A stretch of 62,600 bases of DNA, counting the filler, from Collodictyon triciliatum (Eukaryota), in NCBI GenBank assembly GCA_043381765.1. It is 4 parts of 4 records of this genome, joined end to end, with 100 filler letters (N's around TTAATTAATTAA, not from the genome) between each part and the next. Parts side by side here need not be neighbours in the genome. Positions count along the whole stretch, not along the records: positions 1 to 13,072 come from JBHJMP010000155.1; positions 13,173 to 37,161 come from JBHJMP010000158.1; 2 more parts are not named here. The stretch is one strand, 5' to 3'. Positions 1 to 13,354 of the stretch are shown piece after piece; within the stretch, counting starts at the first letter, position 1; each line of letters begins with the position of its first letter. Position numbers and translations under genes: made by a program. The notes beneath the pieces were generated by a model. It made no database searches. It saw only the letters and a program-made list of their open reading frames with translations, and was not told the origin of the DNA.

Positions 1-11
1 ATCTGTGAAGT

Positions 12-260
12 TCACCTCTTCCCTGATAAGAAAGGAAACCCTGTTTTTTTTTTCCTTCCCAAACGGACTTCTCCACCAGCGTATAGACAGCCTTTACATG
101 CCCACGGTTTTGATTGAACCCACTGATTAAAAAAAAAAACGGTCAAGCCAGCTCTACTGACCGGAAACTCTTTCAATCCAAACATCCTTTTGTTATCACA
201 AGTTCCCTCTTTCTTTGCAGTCATTTTTTCTGCGGTTGTTCTTGTTTGAAACTCTGTCAT
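12..260 (-). CDS. Possible first exon(s) of an unidentified gene, divergent from MECR
   Basis: ATG at 260 opens an 82-aa ORF head-to-head with MECR. No recognisable motif. Confidence 0.25.
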   Translation of the reverse strand: MTEFQTRTTAEKMTAKKEGTCDNKRMFGLKEFPVSRAGLTVFFFNQWVQSKPWACKGCLYAGGEVRLGRKKKTGFPFLSGKR

Positions 261-344
261 TAACTGAACCCTATCTTTTCTTACATTTCTAATCCCTCCT
301 TATTTTTATTTTTTTATTATTATTTGCTCCAGGCTCCTGTTGGA

Positions 345-2332
345 ATGTCGCTCCTCTTCAAAAAGTCACTGTCTTCGTACGCAATGGCCAAAGCAGCTGC
401 AAAGCGTATGTCGACGGCCGCGTGGCCAGCCGAGGCGAAAGCGCTTGTGTACGCAAGCAACGGCGATCCTCGAGTTGTTGTCAAGTGCGTCTCTTGAAAC
501 AAATATACATCATAAGCAAACAAAGACTGTGTCGTTTTATGAAAAACGCAGTCACAATCAACTTGAAATGCTTATTCATCCATGTTTTTTTTTTACCTTC
601 CTACACAATAATAATTTCGTTTGCATTCTGTTTCATTTTATTCAAACACCGATGATCAATTCTCGAATGAGCCATAATGACTCTATAATATATATACATG
701 TTTCTATCTGAATTACGACCTGCTTGCCTGTGAAATCACGGCCAACACAACAGACACGCGACTCTCCCGCTTCCCCAGCAGCTGCAATCCGACGAGGTCC
801 GGCTCAAGTTTCTGCACGCCCCGATTAACCCGTCCGATGTCAACATGATTCAGGGTGGGTATGAAATCCGCCCAACTTTGCCTGCAGTTGGAGGCAATGA
901 AGGCGTTGCTGTGGTGGTTGATGTCGGTGCAAATGTCAAGGGAATCAAGCAAAACGACTGGGTTATCCCATATCGCTCGGCCAACGGTATGTTTGACCGA
1001 CCCGTGCTCATGCTCTCTGGTGATTTTATTTGTTTCATCGGATGGTACGGTGATTTGATGGACTGATTGGTACAGGCTCCTTTGGGACGTGGAGAACTCA
1101 TGCGATTGCAAAGGCTGACGAGTTGCAAGTGGTGCCAAACGATATCAGTGTGGCCAGCGCAGCTACCATCGGTATTAATATGTGCACTGCCTATCGCCTT
1201 TTGGAAGATTTTGCCAAGCTCAATCCTGGTATTTTCATTATTCGATACTGTTTCATATGCCTGATATCCTCCTTTTTTTTTCTCTCTCTCTTCCTATTAT
1301 TTCTCATAACTGTTGGGGAGAAAAGTACCAAAAACAAAATAAAACACTGCTTCCTGTGATATTCCATCCGCTGTACTTTCTTCACCTTTTTGGTGATTTT
1401 TCTTTTCATTATATATATATCATGTTTGGAGTCTTTTAATCAACGCACGTCAAATCTAGGCGACGTGGTTGTTCAAAACGGAGCCAACAGTGCAGTCGGC
1501 CAAGCCATCATCCAGTTGGCCAAATTACGCGGTGTCCACACAATCAATTTCATCCGCCCACGGTTTGTCAACCCGATCAACAGTCGCTGCCATCCGAATC
1601 TATTTTCTTTTTTCTTAACTTCCTTTTATGTTGTCAAATATACCGATGGTTATCTCTTTCTTAATCACTTTCTCTTTTTCTTGATGCAACCACTGCATAA
1701 CAGCCCCACTTATGAGTTTGCTCAGACCGTCGAGCTGTTGAAGTCGCTTGGTGGCACCATCGTTGTTGATGAATCGTATGCAAACACGCAAGCCATGAAG
1801 GACTTGATGCAGGAGTCGAAGCTACCCGGAGCCAAACTTGGTCTGAATTGTGTCGGTGGAGACAGCGGCGTGCTTGTCAACAAATACCTCGGGTTCGTCC
1901 AAGACAATATGAATAATGGAATTATATATGCGTAATTAAAAAAAAACATATAGTAATCAGATATATATTTCCCAGTTTATTTCCTTCTTCCTTTTTTCCT
2001 TCTCTTCTTTATCTCACTTCTTGACACCTCCTTTCAGAGACAACGCCAAGCTCGTGACCTACGGCGGAATGTCCAAGAAGCCTGTGACCATCTCAACCTC
2101 ACAGCAGCTTTTCAAGCAAGTGGACATGCACGGCTTTTGGCTCTCGCGCTGGATTAACGACAACCCCAAAGAAAAGCACGCGGAAATGATCCACCACTTG
2201 GCCGAGGTTATCCGCCAGGGCCAACTTCGAACTTGGATGGAGGTGCATCGCTTCTCCCGCTCTGTGGTTGCCTTTGAGCGCCACTTCGAGCCGTACAGGG
2301 ACCGCAAAATCCTTCTTGACTTGGAGCATTAA
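345..2332 (+). CDS. MECR: Mitochondrial trans-2-enoyl-CoA/ACP reductase (MDR family), about 6 exons
   Basis: Basic, Ser-rich presequence [24 protein letters not shown]. Motifs [71 protein letters not shown] introns and TAA at 2330-2332. Confidence 0.93.
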
Positions 2333-3049
2333 GCACACGGCCGACTTCCCCCACCGCCTCGCGTCCCGGCCCGCTCTCCGATGTGTGTGTGTGTGTGTTT
2401 GGGCAGAGAGGCTTTGCCGTGCTCAGAATTATCCTTTCTCAGTCTTTTTTTTCTTTTTCGAGTTTTTTTTTCTCTTTCATAAAACGTTGCGACCTGAATC
2501 AACCGAGGCGGGCCATTGCCTATATCTTATTATCGTGGGATGAGAGTCTATGTATTTTTTTCCTTTTTTTTCTTTTTTTCTTTTTTTTCTTTTTTTCTTT
2601 TTTTCTTTTTTTCTTTTTTTCTTTTTTTCTTTTTTTCTTTTTTCTCTTTTCTCTTTTTTTTCTTTTTCTTTTTCTTTTTTCTTATCTTGCTGTTTGGATG
2701 ATTAGTGCAGACGAGATTCTTGATTTGTCATCATTTACTCGTGACTGCCAAAACAGGTAATTCCTTTCCGCCAGAAATGCTTGCATTCATGGAAAAATAG
2801 AAAGATTTCAAAAAATGTGGAAATTAATACATGTATGAAGAATTATATACCGAATGAAATTCCTTTGCTGGAAGTTATCTTGTGGGTGAAAAAAATGGAT
2901 GATCCACTCACCCTACTCACAATACCATTTTCTGGCTCATTTCTTCTCGTTGGCCTTCTTTCGCTGCTGTGTCGCAGAAAATCTCTTTTTTTTCTTCTCT
3001 CTTATCTTTCTTTTCTGTTTGCATATTCCTGGTGCCACGGTTGTTGCAA

Positions 3050-6000
3050 ATGATGCCAACTTCGAACCATGCTGAAAAAAGAGTCAGAACAGAAATGTCT
3101 CGCCGCAGAGAAGACGCAACAACCTTGCGACTTAGTTCGGCCCAGGTGTCTTATTTGTATTCTGCTTTTCTTTTCCTTTTCTTTTTCTTTTTCATTTTCT
3201 TTTTCTTTTTCTTATTTTTTCTTTTTCTTTTTCTTTTTCTTTTTCTTTTTCTTTTTCTTTTTCTTTTTCTTTTTCTTTTTCTTTTTCTTATTTGTATTCT
3301 GCGTTTTCTTTTTTCTTTTTTCTTTTCTTTTTCTTTTTCTTTTTCTTTTTCTTTTTCTTTTTCTTTTTCTTTTTCTTTTTTTCTTTTNNNNNNNNNNNNN
3401 NNNNNNNNNNNNNNNNNNNNNNNNNNNNNNNNNNNNNNNNNNNNNNNNNNNNNNNNNNNNNNNNNNNNNNNNNNNNNNNNNNNNNNNCTTTTCTTTTCTT
3501 TTCTTTTCTTTTCTTTTCTTTTCTTTTCTTTTCTTTTCTTTTCTTTTCTTTTCTTTTCTTTTCTTTTCTTTTCTTTTCTTTTTCCGTTTCTTCATCTTTT
3601 TTGAAGTGTTTGTTTTACTTGAAATGCTAATTTGAGTTCACGTAATAAAAGGCCGATGTCCACCCAAAAACACCACCACGCTCCGCCAGAGCAAACGGGC
3701 AGGATGGTAGCACGTCGAACAGAAAGTCAGATTACAGCCCTGTGGCCAAAAGCAGGCAACATATTAATGAAGAAGCCATGCCCAAGACAAAATATCAGTT
3801 TCGAGAACGAGCAGCGAATGTCAAGGTCAACCGCGAGTTTTCTCTTTGAACCCTCCGTGTGTGTGTGTCTATACATTTTGACCCCTCTTTTATTTATTTT
3901 TTATTGAGTGATTAAATTCCAGTATGACTACGAATCGAACTCCTCGTCAGAAAAACAACACACCGTCGAAAAAGCACCAGGTTTTACCTCTCTACTGTGT
4001 ATTCAATCAACGGAATATTTTTTTGACAGCTAATAAGATTGAATTTCCGCTTTTCTATAAACTCTGTGTAATTGATTGCAATTCGTTTACTAATTATCTA
4101 TCAGGCAAGGATAAATCATCAGCTAAAAGGAATCAAAGTGAACGAGATGCTGGCTTGAATATCAATCGAGAGTCCTCTCCCAAGAAAAGCAAAAATCATG
4201 TCCATGCAGAATTACTAGAGAAGAAATCGTATAACCAGGAGGTTCTCCCCACAAGACAAAGCAGCCGGATTCTTGCCTCCACCTCACGAAATCAAAAAAT
4301 GCAGAAAAGATATCAATTGGATAGCGAGAATGAAGATGCAGCGGAGCATTTAGATTCCAGGGAAGATGACGGGGCATATGACGAGAGTGACAGAGATGAC
4401 CCTGATAACCGCAGTGATAATGATTCAGTAGACTCGCATGACTCTGGGGATAATTCAGACGACTCTGGGAACATCCAGGTGCGCGGATTGCGCCGCCAGC
4501 ATACAGGGATACACTATTACAACCATCACAACCACCACGTTCACCAAAGGAGAGCACAAAAACACCTATCCAAGGCAGATACCACATGGCCAAATCACGC
4601 AGCAGAAAAATACATGAATAGGGGAGTTGAGAGCAACGCGCATGCCGCTGGAGACGAATCACAGCACAGTCGACGTCGCATGGTTGAGTATCGTCACATT
4701 CAAAGTCCAGTATTTCATTCGTACAGAACAGGTGATCCAAGAGGAATACATAGAATGAAGGAACCCTTTTCTGCGCTTGGTAAGGAAGGCCAAAAAAGTG
4801 GGAAGGGATACGAAGGCAAGGATGATGGTTTTAATAGACGAGTTATCTGCTCAGAGGATGAATCGAGTGGTGATGCATTTCAATGCCTTATTGAAGAAAG
4901 TGAACGTCAACTAACAGAGGCCCTAAAAATGAAGGAAGAGTTGCCCATGAACCACGAAAGCACAACTAAGAGACGAGCCGAGGAACCTACTTTGGTCGAC
5001 CAACCTGTTGCAAAAACTGAGAGATCAAAACAAAGTCAAAACAATTATAATATCTTATAACCTTTTTTTTTCTTTCATATTTGATTAAAATTCATCCTGT
5101 GCTATGCTGCACTTTTCTAAATGAATATTTCTTTAGAACCTGGAACAAACATTATCGGGACATCTACGCGCTCATCAGCTCGACTACAGCAAATAGCAGC
5201 ACGAACGTCTGATTCAAATGTGGGAGAAGCAGCGCAACAAGACCCTCCAATTCGTGAAGCACAAGCACATAAGCAAAACATATCCGCTGACTCACAATTC
5301 AGCCCAGACAAGAGCGGACACTACACTCTTCGTCCTAGAAAAACTGTAAACTATTCTATGGAAACACCACGTGGGAAAAAAACAAAAGGTTCTTCCGGTA
5401 AATACAAGCATTCAAACAAGTACCTGGGAGGAAGGAGGAAGGATGAAAAAGAGCTGATTCGGTATGTTCTCATGGCAATCATATAATGTCAATTTGATAA
5501 TTCACCCAGGCATCCCACATACAACCTATCACTACAACCTGTAAAATACATGCAAGCACCACTTCATACGTTTTCCTTCTCTTTTGCTTTTTTTTTTGGT
5601 TTTTTTTCTTTTGTATTTTGCTTTTGTATTTTGCTTTTGTTTTTGTTTTTGTTTTTGTTTTTGTTTTTGTTTTTGTTTTTATTTTTCAGCAAAAAGCACT
5701 TATTTATGAGATGCTACAGGCATGTCTCTGGAATGAATGAAAAGGCACACCGTCGTTTCTCTGCAGGCTATGGTTTGATGCCCACTGAGTCAGAAAACTC
5801 CAATGATTCAAGTTCATCGTCTTCGGTACTAGTATATGGCTTATAAAACCCTGATATTTTCTTTATTTGTTTGGAAAAATAAGTCACCTTCTATTACACT
5901 ATTTACATCGAAGAATTTCTGCTATACTAACTAACTTGCTATTTGAATTTTAGTCAACGCCTCATCACAGAAGCCGGCCATCAAAGTCCCGATTCATCGT

Positions 6001-9000
6001 TCGACCCATCAACGATTTAAGCAGAGACAGCGTTGGCGGTAACTCGAAATTCACATATTAAAATGCTAACTATGAGGATTGGTGCTTTGATTTTGATGTA
6101 TTTTGTAACATCAACATATGGTTCGCTCTCTTTTTTTTCTCTTTTTTTTCTTTTTCTCTTTTTCTCTTTTTCTCTTTTTCTCTTTTTCTCTTTTTCTCTT
6201 TTTCTCTTTTTCTCTTTTTCTCTTTTTCTCTTTTTCTCTTTTTCTCTTTTTCTCTTTTTNNNNNNNNNNNNNNNNNNNNNNNNNNNNNNNNNNNNNNNNN
6301 NNNNNNNNNNNNNNNNNNNNNNNNNNNNNNNNNNNNNNNNNNNNNNNNNNNNNNNNNNNTTCTGTTTCTGTTTCTGTTTCTGTTTCTGTTTCTGTTTCTG
6401 TTTCTGTTTCTGTTTCTGTTTCTGTTTCTGTTTCTGTTTCTGTTTCTGTTTCTGTTTCTTTATGTTTTAATTTCGTGTCGTGCCATTAAGCAATCCGAAT
6501 ACTATGTCACCAATTTCCCTAGAAAGTGTCGAAATCGATTGCTCCATCAACTTCGAATCGATTGGTGGTCTAGAAGACCGTAATATCCAATACACTTTGC
6601 ATCACCACATTCTTAACTACTACATACATAATAGAAGAGAAAAAAACAGTTACTGTCCAGTGGCTTTATATTTTTAATTACACTTCTGCCGGCTTTTTAC
6701 CAGATATCAACTCACTCAAGGAAATCATCTTGATGCCATTGATTTACCCGGAGCTCTTCCAAGAGCTTGGATTGACACCGCCTCGAGGAATTCTTTTCGT
6801 AGGGCCGCCTGGCACAGGGAAAACCCTGATGGCTCGCGCTCTTGCTAACGCCTGTAGTTTTGTACGTTTCACAACATAAATGAATGTATTTGCACACCAA
6901 ACTATTGTTATTCTCATATGAGTCAAAGTAAGGATATGCAGTTTAAACGGTTGCCCGCAATTCAAATATTTACAGGGCACCCAAAAAGTGGCCTTTTTTA
7001 TGAGAAAAGGTGCGGATGTTCTCAGCAAATGGCTAGGTGAAACCGAAAAGCATCTTCGGTTACTTTTTGAGGAGGCGAAGAAGAGACAACCCTCCATAAT
7101 ATTCTTTGATGAAATCGATGGCATGTTTTCTTTGTTTACGAATACTAAGATATGATGTTGCAAGCATTCGGTGATACCGTTTGTATCCTATACTTTGGTC
7201 TCTGAGGGTTTGTATCGTGAACGTTGCTAGGATTGGCACCGATTCGGTCGAGCAAGCAGGACCAGATTCACAGCTCGGTTGTTTCTACACTCCTTGCATT
7301 GATGGATGGGCTAGATTCGAGAGGTAACACGCAGATAGACAGGGGACAAAAACTGTTGAGACGAATACTTGAATGAAATATCAACTACCATTGGTTCTCT
7401 GTGTGTGTCCATATGTAATCTGATGTAGATATTGTTCAATTAATATGAAACAGTCTATTTCTGGACATCTGAACACAATCACAAAATTACGAGAGATTCG
7501 AGATAATTCGTGCATTCAAGGGATAAGTGAATATACAATAGAACTATTGCTTACATCTCTCGATTAGGGAGTGTTGTTCTGATTGGAGCGACCAACCGAG
7601 TAGACGCTATAGACCCTGCTCTTCGTCGGCCCGGACGATTTGATAGAGAGTTTCACTTCCCATGTCCTTCTTCAGACGCTCGAAGGTGTTTATTCATTTA
7701 TGTCTTGTATTTTTTTTAAAAAGAAAAAAAAGAGGAATTCAATGCTTTATCATGCTTCTATTCGCTTATGTGTATTTGTTGAGCTTAAAAATATATTCAT
7801 TCTCAATACGCATGCACTTGGTCTCATAATTGGGTATACGAATTTTTCTTTAGGAATATTCTGAAAATTCACTCGAGAAGATGGAACCCACCTCTTTCAG
7901 AGTCGATGTTGGACAACATTATAAAAAAGACAAATGGTTTCAGCGGTGCTGATTTACAGGTTCATATTCCTACTATCGCTCATTTGCTTCTTTTTTTTTT
8001 CTCATTTGAAGCCTTGACAGCGGTATGGATGATGCAATAAAGCCATCCTACATTCCATCAAGTCATAATTGACCTTCGATGTGTTTTGGATATGTATTTA
8101 GGCTTTGTGCACTGAGGCTGCTATGGTATCCATTCGAAAGTGTTTCCCACAGATATATAAATCTACCGATAAGGTTGTGTTGAACCACAGCCACGTACGA
8201 GTAACAGAGACTGAGTTTGATTTTGCCTTGCAAGGTACCTAATCTGGCAATAAATAGAATGACAAGAAAAAGGATGAGCATTATGAGCATTCCATATATC
8301 TTATTATGTCTTCCTGATATGATTTTAATAGAAGTAATTAATTATTCGCAACCATCGCACATGCAACAAAGCATTAAAATGGTACATATCTAGTTATAAA
8401 GTCGACGTCATCTAGAACGTCAGAAACGTCATCTTATCCACTCCCTTCTTACCTTGAACCTTTGCTTGGAAGCTCAGTCAGATCGACTGTCAATCAAATC
8501 AAAAAAATATTTCCTTTTGTCACCCAGCACTCAAAAACTGCGACACAATTGCAGATGCAAACAGCATCTATGCGTAGCTTTTAATTTATCTCGCTGATTG
8601 TTTTGCTTTGCTTTACTTTTTGTTCTGTTTTGTTTTGTTTTTGTTTTGTTTTTTTTGTTTTGTTTTTTTGTTTTGTTTTTTTGTTTTGTTTTTTTGTTTT
8701 GTTTTTTTGTTTTGTTTTTTTGTTTTGTTTTTTTGTTTTGTTTTTTTGNNNNNNNNNNNNNNNNNNNNNNNNNNNNNNNNNNNNNNNNNNNNNNNNNNNN
8801 NNNNNNNNNNNNNNNNNNNNNNNNNNNNNNNNNNNNNNNNNNNNNNNNTTTTTTTTTTTTGTTTTGTTTTTTGTTTTGTTTTCTGTTTTGTTTTCTGTTT
8901 TGTTTTCTGTTTTGTTTTCTGTTTTGTTTTCTGTTTTGTTTTCTGTTTTGTTTTTATTTTTATTATTTATTTTGTATTATGTTTTGCTTTTTGCTTTTTG

Positions 9001-11809
9001 CTTTTTGCTTTTTGCTTTTTTGTTCTTTGATTACAGATAAAATTTCCAGTTTTTATCCTCATCTACCATCGTTAAAATCATACGTGTTTCAGATGATTTA
9101 TGCTTCCGCCCGGTCGTTGTTATTCAAGGAAAAGAAGGGATGGGTCAATCACAGCTTTTGGCATCTGTCTTGCAACATTACAATTCAATAAGGACACAAT
9201 CCATCGATATATATTCCTTATATATGTATCAATCTTCTAAGGTATCTATCTTGGCTGCTCATTCATTTTCCTGTTATAATTGCTTTACAAAATTTTTTTG
9301 TTGAGATTAAAAGAGCCATGAAAAAAGAGTGAATCTGTCCCACATATTGCTGATATTTTGAAGACAGTTGTTGGACGTTTTATAATTAGAACTATTCATC
9401 GTATTCACTGTCACAATTATTCACAACATGGTAATGTATCTCTTGTAGACCTTAGACGAGTCTCTGGTTCATATACTCGAAGAAGCATCCCGGCATTCCC
9501 CAACAATTTTACATTTGCACCGCATCGAACAATGGATTGAACATATATCTACTATATCAGAATCCCTCATACTGAATTTTTTCTGCGCACTGTCACTCAA
9601 TTCCTCTGTTATGCTTCTTGCAACATGCGAAGATACGAATTATGTAATACCTGAAAAGTTCAACAGGCTTTTTCGTCATATTATTCGTTTGGATGATATT
9701 GACACGGTAACAAAATTTTACATATATTCTGCCTGCAAAGATAACTTTTTGAACTCTTCTTTTAATGTTCGGGCAGTGGTTGTGTTCAAGCTTGTGTACA
9801 TATAAACTCCTTTTATTAAAGCATATTTCTTCGTTTCCTTTTTGCATATATGTTTGGAAATTAATTATTATTTACGATAGAAAAACATTTCTTGCCCTTC
9901 TCCATGTACTACTTCTCGATCTTTTTCTTTTAATTCTCTCGTTTTTGCAGGAAAGAATTGAAGGCTTTGTTGGTCATCTGGTGAACGAAATGCTCTCTTT
10001 ACAAATCGAAGAGCATGACTCACATCAACCAAGCGCCTACGCGATGGAACTTCCAAAGTCTTCCATTCCAGGGTTTCAATTCATGTCCCCAAGGCAAATA
10101 AAGAGAGAAAAGGACAGAGAACAGTGAGTTTTGTTTGGAGGATATTGTTGTTAAAAGTCGATAGAAAAAAGTTGCATATACTTCAAGAGTAGTTCATCAA
10201 TACCACTTTCTCCTTTTGTGCTTATAGATTAGAATAAATGTGACAGTCAAAGATGTAATAATTGCTTTTACTATTAGGCAACTTCTTCGACAATTAAGAG
10301 TTGCGTTACGTCAAGTCATGGATAATATATGTTCGAACATGCGCTTCAAAATATTCACCACAGCGGTATGATATTAACACGTATCACTCCATGAAGAACT
10401 TAATTTGCCAAAAAAAAATTATAATCTAACTTCCTATCTTCGGTAAGGTTTCAGACATAAAAAAATAAGTAAATAATAAATTACTCGGTGGATTAAAACA
10501 GGATTCTTTGTATGAAACTGATTTTCAACCTGCTGAGCCGATTGTTACACTGTCCCTTATTCGTGATAAGATTGATAATCGAGAGTACATGACTACTGAG
10601 CTATTTCTTGATGATTTCAAGACCCTTCTACTTCAAGTATCAAACTATAGCAAAGGAGACCGATCCAAAAACATACACAAGGTACACACAGCAAAATCTT
10701 AAGTAATACAGACTTGGCTGTTCTTGTGTGTTTCTGTTTTTCTTCTTTTTTTCTTCACAAAAAATGTGCTGCAATCGTTCTCATAAATGACCAATCCGAA
10801 AAAAATACCATAAATCTTTTTTCTTTTTCTTCTTCTTTTTTTCCCTTATATTCTTTTTAGGCCAACGCAGTGAATGATGTGGCGGCTTCTCTGTGTTACA
10901 AAATCAACCGTGATATCGTTGATGGTTGCCAGGAAATATTTGAGAGAACGAAGATGCAAAGTACTAATTATTGATATGTACTCTTGCATTTGCATTCGTA
11001 ATATTACTTTTTTTATTTTATTTTACTTTTTCTCACAATGTTCAACACATATCTCCTATTTTCAATCGTGTTTAGACACCAGTGCTTTGCCCGACAGCAC
11101 ACAGCAGAACCTCTCCAAGGAAGATTTCATTCTACCAGAAAAAAGCACAGCAACCTTTCCGCCAGAGTCTGAACAGCAACCATCGCCAATCCCATTCGTC
11201 GATATAGACACAGGTAGATAAATACGCATATTGATGCAAAACGCAACTAGAGCAATAAAAGGCTTCGTTGAGAAAAGTATCAGTAGATCATATTTCTCTT
11301 TTCTTCATACTAACCATTTATGCAAAGGAAAGCTAGTGTACGATTCTTTTCATATATAAACATGTGATAAACGGCGGAGCACCTAAACATAGATTACTTT
11401 ATGATAACCCATACTTTCCTAATTCATGATTTGCCTTACAGCTTACAAAAGGACGTTTAGAGACCTTCTCGAGCCGCATCATTCAGAAACGTTGAATGAT
11501 TTGAAATCGAAGTTTGCTACTTTCCTAAGCGCGCTCAATATTGAAGCAATAATCCGCTATCGTTCCCATTTGCTGAGTTTTGTTTTGTCGAAAAAGTATC
11601 AGAGTCTCGAGTCACTCTTTGAAGTAATATTTCATATTTCACTTTTCCTACTTTTCCCAGAAAACAAATATAAATGTGTTTTGCTTCGTTTTTGAAGAAA
11701 AATATATCATACACATGAGCCCATAAGTCTTGTCCTTTCCTTTTCATTAATTATAGTAACAACATTTGATTTCCTTCAGGGTCTGGAGTCTTTTCTTCTG
11801 GGTTCATAA
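3050..11809 (+). CDS. ATAD2: ATAD2/Yta7-like AAA+ ATPase with bromodomain-like region, multi-exon
   Basis: Long disordered N-terminus, then [31 protein letters not shown] (Walker A), [39 protein letters not shown] (Walker B), [20 protein letters not shown] and [23 protein letters not shown]. Bromodomain-like [13 protein letters not shown] at about 10550. The start codon is inferred. Confidence 0.88.
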
Positions 11810-12453
11810 AGACTTATTCTTGAAGCGAACGAAAGGTGTACTGTACAAATAACAACGAATGCTTTCGTCATTCATTCTGTAAGTGTGGCTGACCCACAAG
11901 CAACACCACTACACTTTGCCTTCACAATTATATTTCACTTCACTTCGGGAATAAACTAGAAACAAAGCTGACATCAGAGTCCTCATGTCGAGTATTCGCC
12001 GCTAAACATCGGATTTCCTCCAATAAACCAACCCTCAATCACAGAAGAAAACAAACATTAATTAGCATACCCTCTCTTTTTCTTTTTCTTTTTCTTTTTC
12101 TTTTTCTTTTTCTTTTCATAAATGAAGAGAAAAAAAATTACACGGACTTGCATAAGAAAGCACCTTAGTCAGTATGTCACTTCAATAGAAGTAATAACAT
12201 AAAAGAAATCAACCACTAAATTTAAAATTTACGAGCAAAAGAAGCTCTTTCTTTTTTTCAAATACCATAGCGATGCATACTAACTTGATGCTGTTTCAAG
12301 TCACGCTCGGGTTCTAGATTCGCTCCATGCTGGTCTTTAATATCATCGCAATTTGTTTATGAGTAAATGGTGTGCGGCGTGGATATATTACTAGATAGGA
12401 ACTAGAATAGTCGGCGCTCATCCATACGTCACTGCCTCAAGTTCCTTTTTCAG

Positions 12454-13048
12454 CTACGGCTCATTAATCTCATTTTCATCCAACCAGTCAATGAATGAAC
12501 AAAATCCTCTCCACACATCGTGGAACTGGATGACACGAAATCCAACCGTGTGGCGCGTTCGCTGTCCTTTGGCTTCTTTCACCGGATGGAACTCGAAGGA
12601 GGGGCAATCTGACAAGACTTCCTGCACACGCCTTGATACCTGAGCCATCAATTATGGCAGGTCAAGCAAAGTTTATTTCAAAGGTATTTTAAGAAAAAAT
12701 AATACCATTTTGATGAACAAATAAAAAAAAAAGTTGTGCAGACTGTTTTTACAGTTATACTTACGTAAACACCATCCTCCTGACAAAGCTGGCTTAGCTT
12801 ATCAGACTCTCGGACTGAAATGAATTAAAGGTTAGGGTCTTTCGGAAATTATCATGTGTGTCACATTGGAACGATTTCATTCAAGCTTTTTTTGAACGAG
12901 ATATGCAAAAATATAACTGTAATGCGTTTAGTGAATGAGATGTGACAAAAAAAAAACATCCATTTACCAGCATCCCCGATGACATCATAAATCATTTCCT
13001 GCTTATCTATGCAAGATGGTCATGTCATGAGATGATAAAGCTTATCTC
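12454..13048 (-). CDS. Last three exons of an unidentified gene whose 5' part is lost in the gap
   Basis: Phase-consistent GT-AG exons at about 12968-13048, 12765-12814 and 12454-12639 give ...DKQEMIYDVIGDAVRESDKLSQLCQEDGVYVSRRVQEVLSDCPSFEF...EINEP*. Confidence 0.5.
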
Positions 13049-13072
13049 CTGAAAGAAATCGCCTAATGAATA

Positions 13073-13172
13073 NNNNNNNNNNNNNNNNNNNNNNNNNNNN
13101 NNNNNNNNNNNNNNNNTTAATTAATTAANNNNNNNNNNNNNNNNNNNNNNNNNNNNNNNNNNNNNNNNNNNN
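13073..13172. other. Assembly gap containing an artificial six-frame-stop linker
   Basis: N-run with TTAATTAATTAA at 13117-13128. Confidence 0.95.
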
Positions 13173-13275
13173 AAACAAACAAACAAACAAACAAACAAAC
13201 AAACAAACAAACAAACAAACAAACAAACAAACAAACAAACAAACAAACAAACAAACAAACAAACAAACAAACAAA
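13173..13275. repeat. (AAAC)n microsatellite
   Basis: Perfect tandem AAAC array next to the gap. Confidence 0.95.
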
Positions 13276-13354
13276 AAAGAAGGAGGTGCGTGTTTATATG
13301 ATACGATGCAACAGCCTCCGTTTGTCATGAAACAATTAAGATGAATAGAAGTAC

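Noticed and set aside
2383-3635. Long Phe/Leu/Lys-rich ORFs here and at 6033-6489, 8598-9191, 21465-21685, 26897-27256, 33089-33687, 43752-44182, 48512-48966 and 57904-58426
   Set aside because: They are translations of microsatellites and N-gaps, not proteins.
11825-11875. Hairpin CGAAAG...CTTTCG as a SECIS candidate
   Set aside because: It lacks the apical AA and the 3' GA of the SECIS core.
12138-12182. Minus-strand GTGA-N10-AA stem as a SECIS candidate
   Set aside because: The 3' side reads TAA rather than NGA, so the non-Watson-Crick quartet is not satisfied.
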